Origin: Pseudomonadota bacterium
Lineage (GTDB): Bacteria > Pseudomonadota > Gammaproteobacteria > Burkholderiales > Burkholderiaceae_D
Reading direction: 5' to 3'
DNA length: 64,000 bases
Assembly (NCBI GenBank): GCA_040390835.1
Contig: JAZJXP010000054.1
Span: 13,121 to 77,120 of the forward strand
The notes below the pieces were generated by a model, which worked only from the letters and a program-made list of their open reading frames with translations, made no database searches and was not told the origin of the DNA. Both the position numbers and the translations under genes were made by a program. Below are positions 18,029 to 28,171 of the stretch, piece after piece. How positions within the stretch are numbered: the first letter of the stretch is position 1; each line of letters starts with the position of its first letter.

Positions 18029-20320
18029 ATGCAAAATTTACTTCACAACTTAAATCCCGAACAACTTGCTGCCGTGACTCTGCCGGCGCAGTCTGCCCTG
18101 ATTTTGGCTGGTGCAGGTTCCGGCAAGACACGTGTGCTGACTACCCGCATCGCCTGGCTGATACAGACTGGCCAGGTCTCGCCCGGTGGTATTTTGGCAG
18201 TGACCTTTACCAACAAGGCCGCCAAGGAAATGCTGACGCGCCTTTCTGCAATGTTGCCGATTAATACACGTGGCATGTGGATAGGGACTTTCCATGGCCT
18301 GTGTAACCGCCTTTTGCGCGCCCATCACCGCGACGCTGGTTTGCCGTCGACTTTCCAGATACTTGATTCTGGCGACCAGTTATCCTTCATCAAGCGTTTG
18401 TTGAAGGCCAACAATATCGACGATGAAAAATTCCCGCCTAAGACCTTGATGTATTTCATCAATGGCGCGAAAGACCAGGGTTTGCGTGCGGCGCAGGTCG
18501 ATGCCTATGATGACTTCAACCGCAAGCTGGTTGGCTTGTATGATTTGTATGATGCTCAGTGCCAGCGTGACGGCGTGGTTGATTTTGCCGAGTTGTTGTT
18601 ACGCACTTATGAATTGCTGAGCCGTAACCAGCCACTGCGTGAACATTATCAGGACAGGTTCCGTCACATCCTCGTTGACGAGTTCCAGGATACCAATGAT
18701 TTGCAATACAAGTGGCTGAAGCTGATGGCAGGTGAGGGTAGCAAAAAAGGTGGCGCTGTCTTTGCCGTCGGTGATGACGACCAGAGTATCTATGCCTTTC
18801 GCGGTGCCAATGTCGGCAATATGTCGGCCTTCGAGCGTGAATTCCAGGTGCAAAACCTGATCAAGCTGGAACAAAATTACCGCTCACATGGCCATATCCT
18901 CGACAGTGCTAATGTACTCATCGAACACAATAGCAAACGCCTGGGCAAGAATTTGCGTACCGATGCCGGTCATGGTGAGCCGGTGCGCATCATGGAATCG
19001 AGCAGTGATATACAAGAGGCCAACTGGATCATAGAAGAAGCCAAGAATTTGATACGTGAAGGTTCTTTGCGTAGCGAAATCGCCATCCTGTATCGTTCGA
19101 ATGCGCAATCGCGAGTGATAGAACATGCGCTGTTTACAGCGAATATCCCTTACCGTGTATATGGTGGCCAGCGCTTTTTCGAGCGTGCTGAGATCAAGCA
19201 CGCCATCGCCTATCTGCAATTGATGGACAACCCGCATAATGATTCTGCCTTTTTGCGGGTAGTGAACTTTCCTACCCGTGGCATAGGTGCGCGCTCGCTG
19301 GAGCAATTGCAGGACGTCGCCAAACAGCAAAATATTTCCATGTATGCCGCTGTGCCGTATGTGGCAGGCAAGGCTGGTTCTTCGCTGGGGTCTTTTGTCA
19401 AACTGATAGAAGGTGTACGTTTTGAAACCCAGAACCTGCCTTTACCAGAGATGGTCAAGATCGTGCTGGAAGTCAGCAGCCTGCTGACGCATTACCAGAC
19501 TGAAAAAGAAGGCGCGGACCGCATAGAAAATCTGGAGCAGTTAGTCAGCGCTGCCACCCTGTTCGTATCAGAAGAAGGCTTCAATAAAGAAGCGCCAGCA
19601 TTTGCCGGCCCTGCCAGTAGCGCAGCAGTCTTGCTGGAAAGCGGGAATGGCGATCAGATCATTGATGCTGACGCAGCACTGCCAACGGTGATGTCACCAC
19701 TGTCTGCTTTCTTGTCGCACGCTTCATTGGAAGCGGGCGACAACCAGGCCCAGGCTGGGCAGGATGCCATGCAGTTGATGACAGTGCATTCCGCCAAGGG
19801 CCTGGAATTTGATGCAGTCTTCATTACCGGCCTGGAAGAAGGCCTGTTCCCGCATGAGAACAGCGCGCAAGAAGAGAGCGGTGTAGAGGAAGAGCGCCGT
19901 CTGATGTATGTGGCCATCACTCGTGCCCGCAAACGCCTGTATCTGAGCTTCTCGCAAACCCGCATGCTGCATGGCCAGACTCGTTACAACATGCGTTCAC
20001 GCTTCCTTGATGAGTTGCCGGAAGAATCATTGAAGTGGCTGACGCCGCGTGTACAGCCAACCTGGTTCGGCAATAAAAAATCGGCCTGGGATGAGGCACC
20101 TGATGATGCTGCCAACCGTATCTCCCAGACTTTCAGCAAGAGCAATGAAAGCATGGGCTGGCGCATAGGCCAGAATGTCGCGCATGCCAGATTTGGCGAA
20201 GGTGTGATCGTCAAGATTGAAGGCGGGAGTGGTGGCGCTAATCCGAGTGCACATATCAATTTTGGCAAATTTGGCATGAAGCAGTTGGACTTGACTATTG
20301 CGAAACTAGAAAAAATATAA
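18029..20320 (+). CDS. uvrD: DNA helicase II UvrD
   Basis: 763 aa. The N-terminus LNPEQLAAV...LILAGAGSGKTRVLTTRIAWL carries the Walker A motif. DEFQDT, YRS, TVHSAKGLEF and VAITRAR are SF1 helicase motifs. Confidence 0.92.
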   Translation: MQNLLHNLNPEQLAAVTLPAQSALILAGAGSGKTRVLTTRIAWLIQTGQVSPGGILAVTFTNKAAKEMLTRLSAMLPINTRGMWIGTFHGLCNRLLRAHHRDAGLPSTFQILDSGDQLSFIKRLLKANNIDDEKFPPKTLMYFINGAKDQGLRAAQVDAYDDFNRKLVGLYDLYDAQCQRDGVVDFAELLLRTYELLSRNQPLREHYQDRFRHILVDEFQDTNDLQYKWLKLMAGEGSKKGGAVFAVGDDDQSIYAFRGANVGNMSAFEREFQVQNLIKLEQNYRSHGHILDSANVLIEHNSKRLGKNLRTDAGHGEPVRIMESSSDIQEANWIIEEAKNLIREGSLRSEIAILYRSNAQSRVIEHALFTANIPYRVYGGQRFFERAEIKHAIAYLQLMDNPHNDSAFLRVVNFPTRGIGARSLEQLQDVAKQQNISMYAAVPYVAGKAGSSLGSFVKLIEGVRFETQNLPLPEMVKIVLEVSSLLTHYQTEKEGADRIENLEQLVSAATLFVSEEGFNKEAPAFAGPASSAAVLLESGNGDQIIDADAALPTVMSPLSAFLSHASLEAGDNQAQAGQDAMQLMTVHSAKGLEFDAVFITGLEEGLFPHENSAQEESGVEEERRLMYVAITRARKRLYLSFSQTRMLHGQTRYNMRSRFLDELPEESLKWLTPRVQPTWFGNKKSAWDEAPDDAANRISQTFSKSNESMGWRIGQNVAHARFGEGVIVKIEGGSGGANPSAHINFGKFGMKQLDLTIAKLEKI

Positions 20321-20332
20321 AACGGAGACCGG

Positions 20333-21595
20333 ATGAGCACAGAACAAACCCTGCACTATATTGCAGCAGCTATTTTCGCAGTGGCTGTTTTGCATACATT
20401 TTCCAGCAAGTTTTTTGCTCATCTGGCCCATCAAAGCAAGCACCACGCCGGGCTTTGGCATTTGCTGGGTGAGGTTGAAGTGGTGTTTGGTTTTTGGGCG
20501 CTTGTATTGGTATTGGTGATTGCCGGGTTTAGCGATCAAAAAGCAGCCATCCATTATCTGGAAACGCAAAACTTTACCGAACCACTGTTTGTCTTTGTCA
20601 TCCTGGTCATCGCCGGTACCCGGCCAGTATTGTGGTCGGTGCAGCATTCTGTCTCACGTGCAGCGACCATCTTGCCAGTGCCCACACAGATGGCTTCGTA
20701 TTTTCTTTGTCTGTCCCTGATACCGCTGTTGGGTTCGGTGATTACCGAGCCCGCTGCCATGACGCTGGCAGCGCTGATGCTGCGTGAGCGATTCTATAAA
20801 AAGTCTATCTCGGCCAAGTTGAAGTACATGACACTGGGGACATTGTTTGTCAATGTCTCTATCGGTGGTGTGCTGACGCCGTTTGCGGCACCTCCAGTCT
20901 TGATGGTGGCAGAAAAATGGGGCTGGAATATCCAGCACATGTTTTTCAATTTTGGCTGGAAGGCGGCATGTGCCGTGACCCTGAATGCCCTGGTACTGAC
21001 ATTATTGTTCAAAAAAGAATTACAGGCTGTACCTGCAGAACAGGCGGGCGATAACGGGGATGCCGTACCTTTATCTGTCGTCGGGATACACTACTTGTTT
21101 CTGATCGCAGTGGTCTGGTTTTCACACTATTCAGTGGTTTTCCTTGGCCTGTTCCTGTTCTTCCTCGGTTTTACCGAAGCGTACAAACAATACCAGGACC
21201 GATTAATGCTGCGCGAAGGTTTGCTGGTGGCTTTCTTTCTGGGCGGGTTGGTCGTGCTGGGCGGTATGCAGCAATGGTGGTTACAAGCCGCACTGGCAGA
21301 AATGAAGCCAACGGTGCTTTATTGGGGGGCAACTGCATTGACAGCAATTACCGATAATGCTGCGCTAACATATTTGGGGTCATTGGTGGCGGGTTTGTCG
21401 GATGCCGCCAAATATGCGCTGGTAGCCGGTGCGGTGACTGGCGGTGGCCTGACTGTTATTGCCAATGCTCCCAATCCAGCAGCGTTTGCCATCCTCAAGG
21501 AATACTTTGATGAACAAGCCATTAGCCCCTTAGGCTTGTTTGCAGCTGCGGCCATTCCTACGTTGGTGGCAGCTGCTTTCTTCCAACTGGTTTAA
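20333..21595 (+). CDS. Polytopic membrane protein (putative Na+/H+ antiporter-like, DUF1504 family from memory)
   Basis: 420 aa with about 10-12 hydrophobic segments. The N-terminal AAIFAVAVLHTFSSKFF..HAGLWHLLGEVEVVFGFWA resembles that family. The function is unverified. Confidence 0.55.
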   Translation: MSTEQTLHYIAAAIFAVAVLHTFSSKFFAHLAHQSKHHAGLWHLLGEVEVVFGFWALVLVLVIAGFSDQKAAIHYLETQNFTEPLFVFVILVIAGTRPVLWSVQHSVSRAATILPVPTQMASYFLCLSLIPLLGSVITEPAAMTLAALMLRERFYKKSISAKLKYMTLGTLFVNVSIGGVLTPFAAPPVLMVAEKWGWNIQHMFFNFGWKAACAVTLNALVLTLLFKKELQAVPAEQAGDNGDAVPLSVVGIHYLFLIAVVWFSHYSVVFLGLFLFFLGFTEAYKQYQDRLMLREGLLVAFFLGGLVVLGGMQQWWLQAALAEMKPTVLYWGATALTAITDNAALTYLGSLVAGLSDAAKYALVAGAVTGGGLTVIANAPNPAAFAILKEYFDEQAISPLGLFAAAAIPTLVAAAFFQLV

Positions 21596-21663
21596 TCTGG
21601 TAATGCTGGATATGGATTTGCCATGGGCGAACGTATTACTGTATTGCCTGCGTGATAGCTTGC

Positions 21664-22314
21664 TCAGATATAGTAAGCCGTTGTCGTCATGACCTTGGCC
21701 ATCAGCTTCATGCCCGCCTGAACGGGAGCAGGCAAGGTGCTAGCTCCCAAAGCTTGAGCAGCGTCGCCATGAGCAATTTCATCCAGACGCATTTGTTCTA
21801 CCACCGCGCGCGACCTTTGATCTTCTGTGGGCAAGTTTTTCATATGGCTGGCCAGATGCGCTTCCACCTGTTTTTCTGTTTCAACTACAAATCCCAGGCT
21901 GACAGCATCACCAAACCTGGCCGCGATCGTGCCGCAGGCATAGGCCCCGGCATACCAGAGCGGATTCAAGAAGCTGGTATGTGAATTGAGTTCATGCAGT
22001 CTTTTTGCGGTCCAGGCTAAATGATCCTCTTCTTCTATGCCTGAATGCTCGAATTGCTGGCGTATTTCTTCTGTATGCGCATTCGCACCCTGAGAGTCAT
22101 ATAAGGCCTGAGCACAAATTTCACCCACATGGTTAACGCGCATCAAACCTGCGCTATGGGATTTTTCCTGTTCGGATAAATTGCCATCTGGCAAATCATG
22201 ACCAGGATAGTTGCGCCTGGAGATTGCCTGACCACTGACCACACGCAAGGCGCGGTCAAATTTGCTGATCAATTGATCGAGACTACCCTTGGGTGATGTT
22301 GTTAAGAAGTTCAT
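21664..22314 (-). CDS. coq7: Ubiquinone biosynthesis hydroxylase Coq7 (di-iron)
   Basis: RVNHVGEICAQALY...EEEDHLAW...ETEKQVEAHL...DEIAHG are di-iron carboxylate motifs. The start is set at the ATG at 22314 (MNFLTT...), not at the extended ORF. Confidence 0.85.
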   Translation of the reverse strand: MNFLTTSPKGSLDQLISKFDRALRVVSGQAISRRNYPGHDLPDGNLSEQEKSHSAGLMRVNHVGEICAQALYDSQGANAHTEEIRQQFEHSGIEEEDHLAWTAKRLHELNSHTSFLNPLWYAGAYACGTIAARFGDAVSLGFVVETEKQVEAHLASHMKNLPTEDQRSRAVVEQMRLDEIAHGDAAQALGASTLPAPVQAGMKLMAKVMTTTAYYI

Positions 22315-22671
22315 ATTGTTTTTTGGAAATACCATGGTTGAGCCAATATTGAGCCAATAGAAAGCAGCTATTAATGCCCTATTGTAGAAAGGAATATGGG
22401 TTTGCGCCATCAGACCAAGTCTGGAAACCTACAGAAAACTTAGGATTCTAATAATGAGAAAGAAGATGCTTGTTGCGATAACACCACATAAAATTTGCTT
22501 AAAAACGATCGTTCGCAAATTCTCTTTGCCCTAATTCCTTTAATTTGTTTCAATGGAATCTAGCTTCTTAATCAGCAGGTTTCGAAGTCTTGGCAAGACT
22601 AAATCAGTAGAAATGGTCGACCGCGTTCAAGGTACGGCCGCATAAATTTAATAATTTTGGAGACGCTTTCA

Positions 22672-23808
22672 ATGAAAAAATCGATACTGGCATTCGCAGT
22701 TTTGAGCGCATTTGCAGCAACAGCTTCAGCGCAGTCTTCCGTCATCATCTACGGTATCGTAGATGCAGCGGTCGTCGCCACCACCAATCAAACAGCAACT
22801 GGTGGTTCCAAGTTCTCCATGGATGCTGGTCAGTTATTGACCTCCCGTTGGGGTATCAAAGGTTCTGAAGATCTGGGCGGCGGTTTGAAAGCAAACTTCA
22901 ATCTGGAAGGCACACTGGCCAATGATACTGGTACTGCCGGTGCCGGTTTTGGCGGTAACGTATTTAATCAGGCAGGCAATAATACATCCCTGTTTGATCG
23001 TCTGGCATGGGTAGGTTTGTCTGGTGATTTCGGTACAGTCACTCTGGGCCGTAACAATATTCTGGGTGTGGATTCTGTTGGTCTGGCTGATCCTATCAGT
23101 CTGGCACATGCGGGTTCCAATCCTAACGTGATGTTCAGCGCCTTGAATGCTGGTGCATTCTTCGGTGGCTTCGGTACTAACCAGGGCGGTACAGCTCTGC
23201 GTCAAAACAATTCCGTCAAATATGTTTCTCCTCTGATGTCTGGCTTCGGCGGCGCGTTGATGTATGGTTTCGGTGAAAAAGCAGGCGACAACACTGCCAG
23301 CAACTATGCAGGTCTGTCAGGCTTCTTTACAGACGGCACTAATGGCGCAGCCTTGTCTTATGCAAAATTGCGTGACAATGCCAATGCATCCTATCTGGCT
23401 GGTTGGGCCGGTGGTGCAAAGTTCAAAGTTGCTCCATCTGTGATGCTGCGTGGTACTTACTCTCAAAACAAAGTTGAAGGTAATGTAAAGATTGATGCCT
23501 TGCCAAGTGCAAATGGTCGCAAGATTGCTGTGATCGGTCTGGGTGCAGACTTCTTCTTGTCTGATCAAATGACTTTGACTACAGCTTATTACAACACCAA
23601 ACGCTCTGGCGATATCGATGGTAAAGCTGATCAATACATCTTGCTGGGTAAATATGCATTCAGCAAACGCACAACTGCTTATGCTTCCCTGACTTACGCA
23701 AAAGCTGGTTCTGTTAATGCACAAGATGTTTCCCTGGCTTTGGGCATCATTGGCGCAGGCAATAGTTCTGCAACCCGTACAGCAGTAGGCGTATTGCACG
23801 CATTCTGA
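22672..23808 (+). CDS. Outer-membrane porin (Gram-negative general porin family)
   Basis: Signal peptide MKKSILAFAVLSAFAATASA/Q, SSVIIYGIVD..RWGIKGSEDLGGGLKANF, and a C-terminal ...AVGVLHAF aromatic terminus. Confidence 0.88.
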   Translation: MKKSILAFAVLSAFAATASAQSSVIIYGIVDAAVVATTNQTATGGSKFSMDAGQLLTSRWGIKGSEDLGGGLKANFNLEGTLANDTGTAGAGFGGNVFNQAGNNTSLFDRLAWVGLSGDFGTVTLGRNNILGVDSVGLADPISLAHAGSNPNVMFSALNAGAFFGGFGTNQGGTALRQNNSVKYVSPLMSGFGGALMYGFGEKAGDNTASNYAGLSGFFTDGTNGAALSYAKLRDNANASYLAGWAGGAKFKVAPSVMLRGTYSQNKVEGNVKIDALPSANGRKIAVIGLGADFFLSDQMTLTTAYYNTKRSGDIDGKADQYILLGKYAFSKRTTAYASLTYAKAGSVNAQDVSLALGIIGAGNSSATRTAVGVLHAF

Positions 23809-23830
23809 TTGTAGGTAGCTGGTTTTATTT

Positions 23831-23868
23831 GCAAAGGTCGCGTAGGCGACCTTTGCAATTTTGTTTTT
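23831..23868 (+). terminator. Rho-independent terminator after porin 1
   Basis: GCAAAGGTCGC-gta-GGCGACCTTTGC hairpin followed by AATTTTGTTTTTG. Confidence 0.8.
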
Positions 23869-24187
23869 GTTTCACTTTTATTGGCAATAATATAATCTTT
23901 TAGCATTTGTTTTCCATAGTTAAGCTTGTCTAATTTGTATTAAAAATATTGTTTTTAATGCAATTTTTGTTGCTTATACGAGACATAAATCCCCCATATT
24001 CCCTCCAAAAGCCGATTTAGCTTGGCTGCCTGACACCATTTTTGGTCAAATACGTTAACTTCTTTTTAGCTGTCTTGTCGGTTCTTAAGTATTTGCGCGT
24101 TTCGTGCGATCAATTTTTTGGCTCTGTTTTGCGCGAACTGTACTTAATGTAGTTCATATCAATGTGAAATCCTTTGGAGAAATATCA

Positions 24188-25249
24188 ATGAAAAAATCAC
24201 TCATCGCTCTGTCAGTTTTGGCTGCTGTTGCTGGTACAGCACAAGCTCAATCTTCCGTAACTATCTACGGTGTAGTCGATATGGCTTTGCAACATCAAAA
24301 CACTGGCGATCCTGCTGGCTCAACACTGGGTCTGGATAGTGGTATTCAATCCGGTTCCCGTCTGGGCTTCAAAGGCTCTGAAGACCTGGGTGGCGGTCTG
24401 AAAGCAAATTTCCAATTGGAAATGGGTATCAATGCTGATACAGGTAGCTCTGCTCAAGGTGGCCGTGCATTCGGTCGTCAAGCTTATGTAGGTTTGTCTG
24501 GTGACTTCGGTGCGGTTAACTTCGGCCGTCAATACACGCCAGCATTTATCGCTATCGACAGCTTCGATCCGTTCGGCACTGGTATCACTAGCGGTACAGC
24601 AGGTAGCGGTACATCCGGCCTGGGCGCTGCAGCTTACTTCGACCACGGTGGCGTTCGTATCAACAACTCCGCAATCTACAACACAGCTAACCTGGGCGGT
24701 TTCACAGGTACAGTTGCTTATGGTTTCGGCGAAGTTGCTGGTAACACAACAGCTGGCCGTTACATCGGTTTCTCCGGCGCATACGCTGCTGGTCCTCTGT
24801 TTGCTGAACTGGCATATAGCAATGCACAAAATGCTAATGGTTCTAATGCAACTAAGAGCTATTTGCTGGCTGGTACTTACAATTTTGACGTAGTTACAGC
24901 ACACGCTGGCTTCTCTTCCATTAAAGATGATGGCACAGGCGCAGCTGCTCTGGATCGTCGCGTATGGTTGCTGGGTGCAACAGTACCAGTTGGTTCTGGC
25001 AACATCATCGCCAGCTACATCCGTTCTACTAACCAAAACAGCTTGCTCAAAGAAGCTAACGGTACACAATTGGCTCTGGGTTACACATACTCCCTGTCCA
25101 AGCGTACTAACCTGTACACTTCTGTATCCCGCGCAACTAACGACGCAAACATCAACCTGGGTAGCGCTGACTCTTCAGCAACATTCAAACCAGTACCTAA
25201 CGGCGCAACAGTTCGTCTGGTTAACGTTGGTATCCGTCACAAGTTCTAA
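24188..25249 (+). CDS. Outer-membrane porin, paralog of 22672..23808
   Basis: Signal peptide MKKSLIALSVLAAVAGTAQA/Q, SSVTIYGVVD..RLGFKGSEDLGGGLKANF, and C-terminal VNVGIRHKF. The ATG at 24188 is preceded by GGAGA. Confidence 0.88.
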   Translation: MKKSLIALSVLAAVAGTAQAQSSVTIYGVVDMALQHQNTGDPAGSTLGLDSGIQSGSRLGFKGSEDLGGGLKANFQLEMGINADTGSSAQGGRAFGRQAYVGLSGDFGAVNFGRQYTPAFIAIDSFDPFGTGITSGTAGSGTSGLGAAAYFDHGGVRINNSAIYNTANLGGFTGTVAYGFGEVAGNTTAGRYIGFSGAYAAGPLFAELAYSNAQNANGSNATKSYLLAGTYNFDVVTAHAGFSSIKDDGTGAAALDRRVWLLGATVPVGSGNIIASYIRSTNQNSLLKEANGTQLALGYTYSLSKRTNLYTSVSRATNDANINLGSADSSATFKPVPNGATVRLVNVGIRHKF

Positions 25250-25295
25250 TTTAGTGCTGACGTAAGTCAGTATTAAAAGAGCTTTGTAAGGCTGA

Positions 25296-25330
25296 AAAAG
25301 CACCCTCAGGGGTGCTTTTTCTCGTTTTCA
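25296..25330 (+). terminator. Rho-independent terminator after porin 2
   Basis: AAAAAGCACCC-tcag-GGGTGCTTTTT followed by CTCGTTTTC. Confidence 0.8.
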
Positions 25331-25396
25331 TGCCACACGTGGCTGGTGCTAAATGGTCGCTTCCTGAATGGTCTGTGCGCTTAGTATCGCAATTGC

Positions 25397-25431
25397 AAAA
25401 AAAAGCTGACATTATTCATGTCAGCTTTTTT
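25397..25431. terminator. Bidirectional hairpin terminator
   Basis: AAAAAAAAGCTGACAT-tattc-ATGTCAGCTTTTTT, with A-run and T-run flanks. It lies between the porin and the convergent hydratase gene. Confidence 0.7.
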
Positions 25432-25488
25432 ACTTGGTGATTTTGAAAAAACAGAAATTAGTACTTATTGTCTGGTTGTTAGCTGCTT

Positions 25489-26340
25489 TTACGCAAAACT
25501 GACACTCAGGCCAGGTAAGGGAATACCCGAGAAGGCAGTGCCCCAGGTTTGGCCGGCCTGCACAGGATAAGCATCTGTCCAGGTGCCGGTGGTGATAATT
25601 TCTCCAGCCTGCAAAGGCGGGAATTGCGGCTGCTTTTGCAGCAGGCCATGCAGATACCAGATTGCGTGCAATGGGCTGTCGAGAACATTGCTGCCATAAC
25701 CTGCGCTCAGCAAAGAACCGTCACAAGACAATGACACGCTGGCATTGGCCAGGAGCTCAGCCAGATGTTGGCGGCTGGCACTCGACAAGATACGTGGTTC
25801 ACCGATCAGCAGGGTGCCGTGCAAGCCCAGGGCGGCTATCGCATCGGCTGCCTCAAACTTCCAGTCAGGGTAGGGGCTGACGACGATCTCTATACCGTGC
25901 GCCATCCATTCCAGGCAATCTGCCAGCTCTTCTATGCAGGCATCTGCGGCTGGCGTCCTGCCCAGTTTGAATACCACTTCCGGTTCTATGCGTGGCTGCA
26001 GTGCGCCAGTCAGGCTTTGGTAGACATGCTTATCTTCGACATAGCGCACTGTGCTGTCAAACAGGCTGCTCCAGATAGGTTCACGGATGGCGGCTTTCTC
26101 GCCATACTTGGTCCATAGTTTGCGGTTGGTAAAACCCAGTTTGCGGCCTATGCGTACTTCGCCTTCGGCGGCGCGTATGGTGTCGGATGCTTTGGCGATT
26201 TCATAAGCATCGTGAATGCTTAGATCAAATTGGGCGCTCAGCGGGCTCAAATGCTGGTTACGTGCTCTTGCCTCAAGAAAGGTATAGGCATGTTGTTCGG
26301 CTAGTAAGGACATGGCATCAAGTTTGGTTGGATTGAGCAC
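25489..26340 (-). CDS. 2-keto-4-pentenoate hydratase / FAH-family hydratase-decarboxylase-like protein
   Basis: 283 aa. GRKLGFTNRKLW...PIWSSLFDS...EPEVVFKLG fits the MhpD/HpcG-type pattern. The substrate is unknown. Confidence 0.65.
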   Translation of the reverse strand: MLNPTKLDAMSLLAEQHAYTFLEARARNQHLSPLSAQFDLSIHDAYEIAKASDTIRAAEGEVRIGRKLGFTNRKLWTKYGEKAAIREPIWSSLFDSTVRYVEDKHVYQSLTGALQPRIEPEVVFKLGRTPAADACIEELADCLEWMAHGIEIVVSPYPDWKFEAADAIAALGLHGTLLIGEPRILSSASRQHLAELLANASVSLSCDGSLLSAGYGSNVLDSPLHAIWYLHGLLQKQPQFPPLQAGEIITTGTWTDAYPVQAGQTWGTAFSGIPLPGLSVSFA

Positions 26341-26362
26341 AAACTATGGAGAGATCGGAGTA

Positions 26363-27433
26363 TTAGCCACCGCCCCATAAGTCACCGTTATTGCCCGATC
26401 TGGGCATGGTTACGCCAAAATGTTCATAGGCAGACGGGGTTGCTATCCTGCCTCTGGGCGTGCGTTGCAAAAAACCCTGTTGTATCAGATAGGGTTCCAG
26501 TACATCTTCTATGGTGTCGCGCTCTTCACCTATGGCGGCCGCAACATTGTCCAGTCCCACCGGGCCACCACCAAATTTGAAGAGGATGGCTTCCAGCAGT
26601 TTTCTGTCCATGAGGTCAAAGCCAACTGCATCGACATCCAGCATCTTCAAGGCTGCATCGGCAATTGCCTTGGTAATCTCTCCATTGCCCTTGACCTCGG
26701 CATAATCACGTACCCGCCGCAGCAGGCGATTGGCGATACGCGGTGTGCCACGTGCCCGCTTGGCGATTTCACCCGCACCGTCGGCCTGTATTGGTGCATT
26801 CAGCAGCGATGCTGAGCGGGTGACGATCTTGGTCAATTCTTCTGGCGTATAAAATTCCAGCCTGGCGACGATACCAAAACGGTCGCGCAACGGGTTGGTC
26901 AGCATGCCAGCACGGGTGGTTGCACCAACCAGGGTGAAGGGCTGTAAATCCAGCTTCACCGAGCGTGCTGCCGGGCCTTCACCGATCATGATGTCGATCT
27001 GGTAGTCTTCCAGTGCCGGATACAAAATTTCTTCTACTACTGGCGACAAGCGATGAATCTCATCAATGAAGAGCACATCATTGGCTTCCAGGTTCGTCAG
27101 CAGGGCAGCCAGGTCACCGGCACGCTCCAGCACGGGGCCAGAAGTCTGGCGCAGGTTGACCCCCATCTCACGCGCAATGATATGTGCCAAGGTTGTTTTA
27201 CCCAGACCAGGTGGGCCAAACAGCAAGGTGTGATCAAGCGCTTCACTACGCTGCCTGGCAGCCGTGATAAAAATTTCCAGCTGGCCACGTATTTTTTCCT
27301 GGCCCACATATTCATCAAGCTGCTTGGGGCGCAAGGCGCGTTCTATCGCCTCTTCATTGGGCGAGCTGGGCGTGGCCGAAATAATGCGCGGCTCGCTGAA
27401 GTTGGAAGAAAGATTGTCAGTCTGTATCGTCAT
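26363..27433 (-). CDS. ruvB: Holliday junction branch migration ATPase RuvB
   Basis: [14 protein letters not shown]...[14 protein letters not shown]...LFIDEIHRL...RTPRGR: near-canonical RuvB. Confidence 0.96.
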   Translation of the reverse strand: MTIQTDNLSSNFSEPRIISATPSSPNEEAIERALRPKQLDEYVGQEKIRGQLEIFITAARQRSEALDHTLLFGPPGLGKTTLAHIIAREMGVNLRQTSGPVLERAGDLAALLTNLEANDVLFIDEIHRLSPVVEEILYPALEDYQIDIMIGEGPAARSVKLDLQPFTLVGATTRAGMLTNPLRDRFGIVARLEFYTPEELTKIVTRSASLLNAPIQADGAGEIAKRARGTPRIANRLLRRVRDYAEVKGNGEITKAIADAALKMLDVDAVGFDLMDRKLLEAILFKFGGGPVGLDNVAAAIGEERDTIEDVLEPYLIQQGFLQRTPRGRIATPSAYEHFGVTMPRSGNNGDLWGGG

Positions 27434-27436
27434 CGT

Positions 27437-28018
27437 TTAGCCCTTGGACAATGCTTTCAATGCCAGCTTGATGCCGTCAGAGACGCCACTACCGGCAGGC
27501 ACGGATTTCATCGCCAGTAAGGCTTCCTTGTCGGAATAACCCAGTGCCTGCAAGGCGTTCAGAATATCGGCGCTATGGTCGCCTGCCGCCAGGGCCGCAG
27601 TGGCAGTACCCAGGTCGGCACCAAGCTTGCCTTTGAGTTCCAGCAACAGGCGTTCAGCGGTCTTCTTGCCTATGCCGGGCACGCGGGTCAGGCGTCCGGC
27701 TTCTTGCAAGGTGATTGCCTGAGCCAGGTCAGCCACCGACATGCCGGACAAAATGGACAAAGCTGTGCGGGCACCAACACCGCTGATCTTGATCAATTGT
27801 TTAAAGGTGCTGCGTTCTTCTGCCGTGCCAAAACCAAACAGTACATGCGCATCTTCGCGTATCGCCAGATGCGTCAACAAGACCACTTTTTCACCCAGAT
27901 GCGGCAAGTTATAGAAAGTACTCATGGGCACATCGACTTCATAGCCCACACCCTGGCAATCGACCAGCAATTGCGGAGGATTCTTTTCTATCAGAGTGCC
28001 TGCAATGCGACCTATCAT
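27437..28018 (-). CDS. ruvA: Holliday junction DNA-binding protein RuvA
   Basis: MIGRIAGTL....GVGYEV.....FGF....[15 protein letters not shown]...[11 protein letters not shown]: canonical RuvA. Confidence 0.95.
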   Translation of the reverse strand: MIGRIAGTLIEKNPPQLLVDCQGVGYEVDVPMSTFYNLPHLGEKVVLLTHLAIREDAHVLFGFGTAEERSTFKQLIKISGVGARTALSILSGMSVADLAQAITLQEAGRLTRVPGIGKKTAERLLLELKGKLGADLGTATAALAAGDHSADILNALQALGYSDKEALLAMKSVPAGSGVSDGIKLALKALSKG

Positions 28019-28031
28019 GAGACTGCTTTCA

Positions 28032-28051
28032 TACTGTATGAATAAGCAGTG
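28032..28051. promoter_or_regulatory. LexA (SOS) box upstream of ruvA
   Basis: TACTGTATGAATAAGCAGTG matches the E. coli-type consensus TACTG(TA)5CAGTA at 15 of 20 positions, including CTG-N10-CAG. It lies 14-33 nt upstream of the ruvA start codon. Confidence 0.65.
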
Positions 28052-28171
28052 ATAGTAAACGATTCTGACGCGTTTGACGAGGCAAATGCGGGGAAATTAT
28101 ATTGATATTGCGATACTGCAATGATTTATCGATGGGTGCCAAACCGGAGTGGTCTGGACATCAGTGCAGAT

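Noticed and set aside
24320-25069. 249-aa minus-strand ORF rich in C/T/S/V
   Set aside because: It is antisense to the second porin gene. The low-complexity translation is typical of a shadow ORF.
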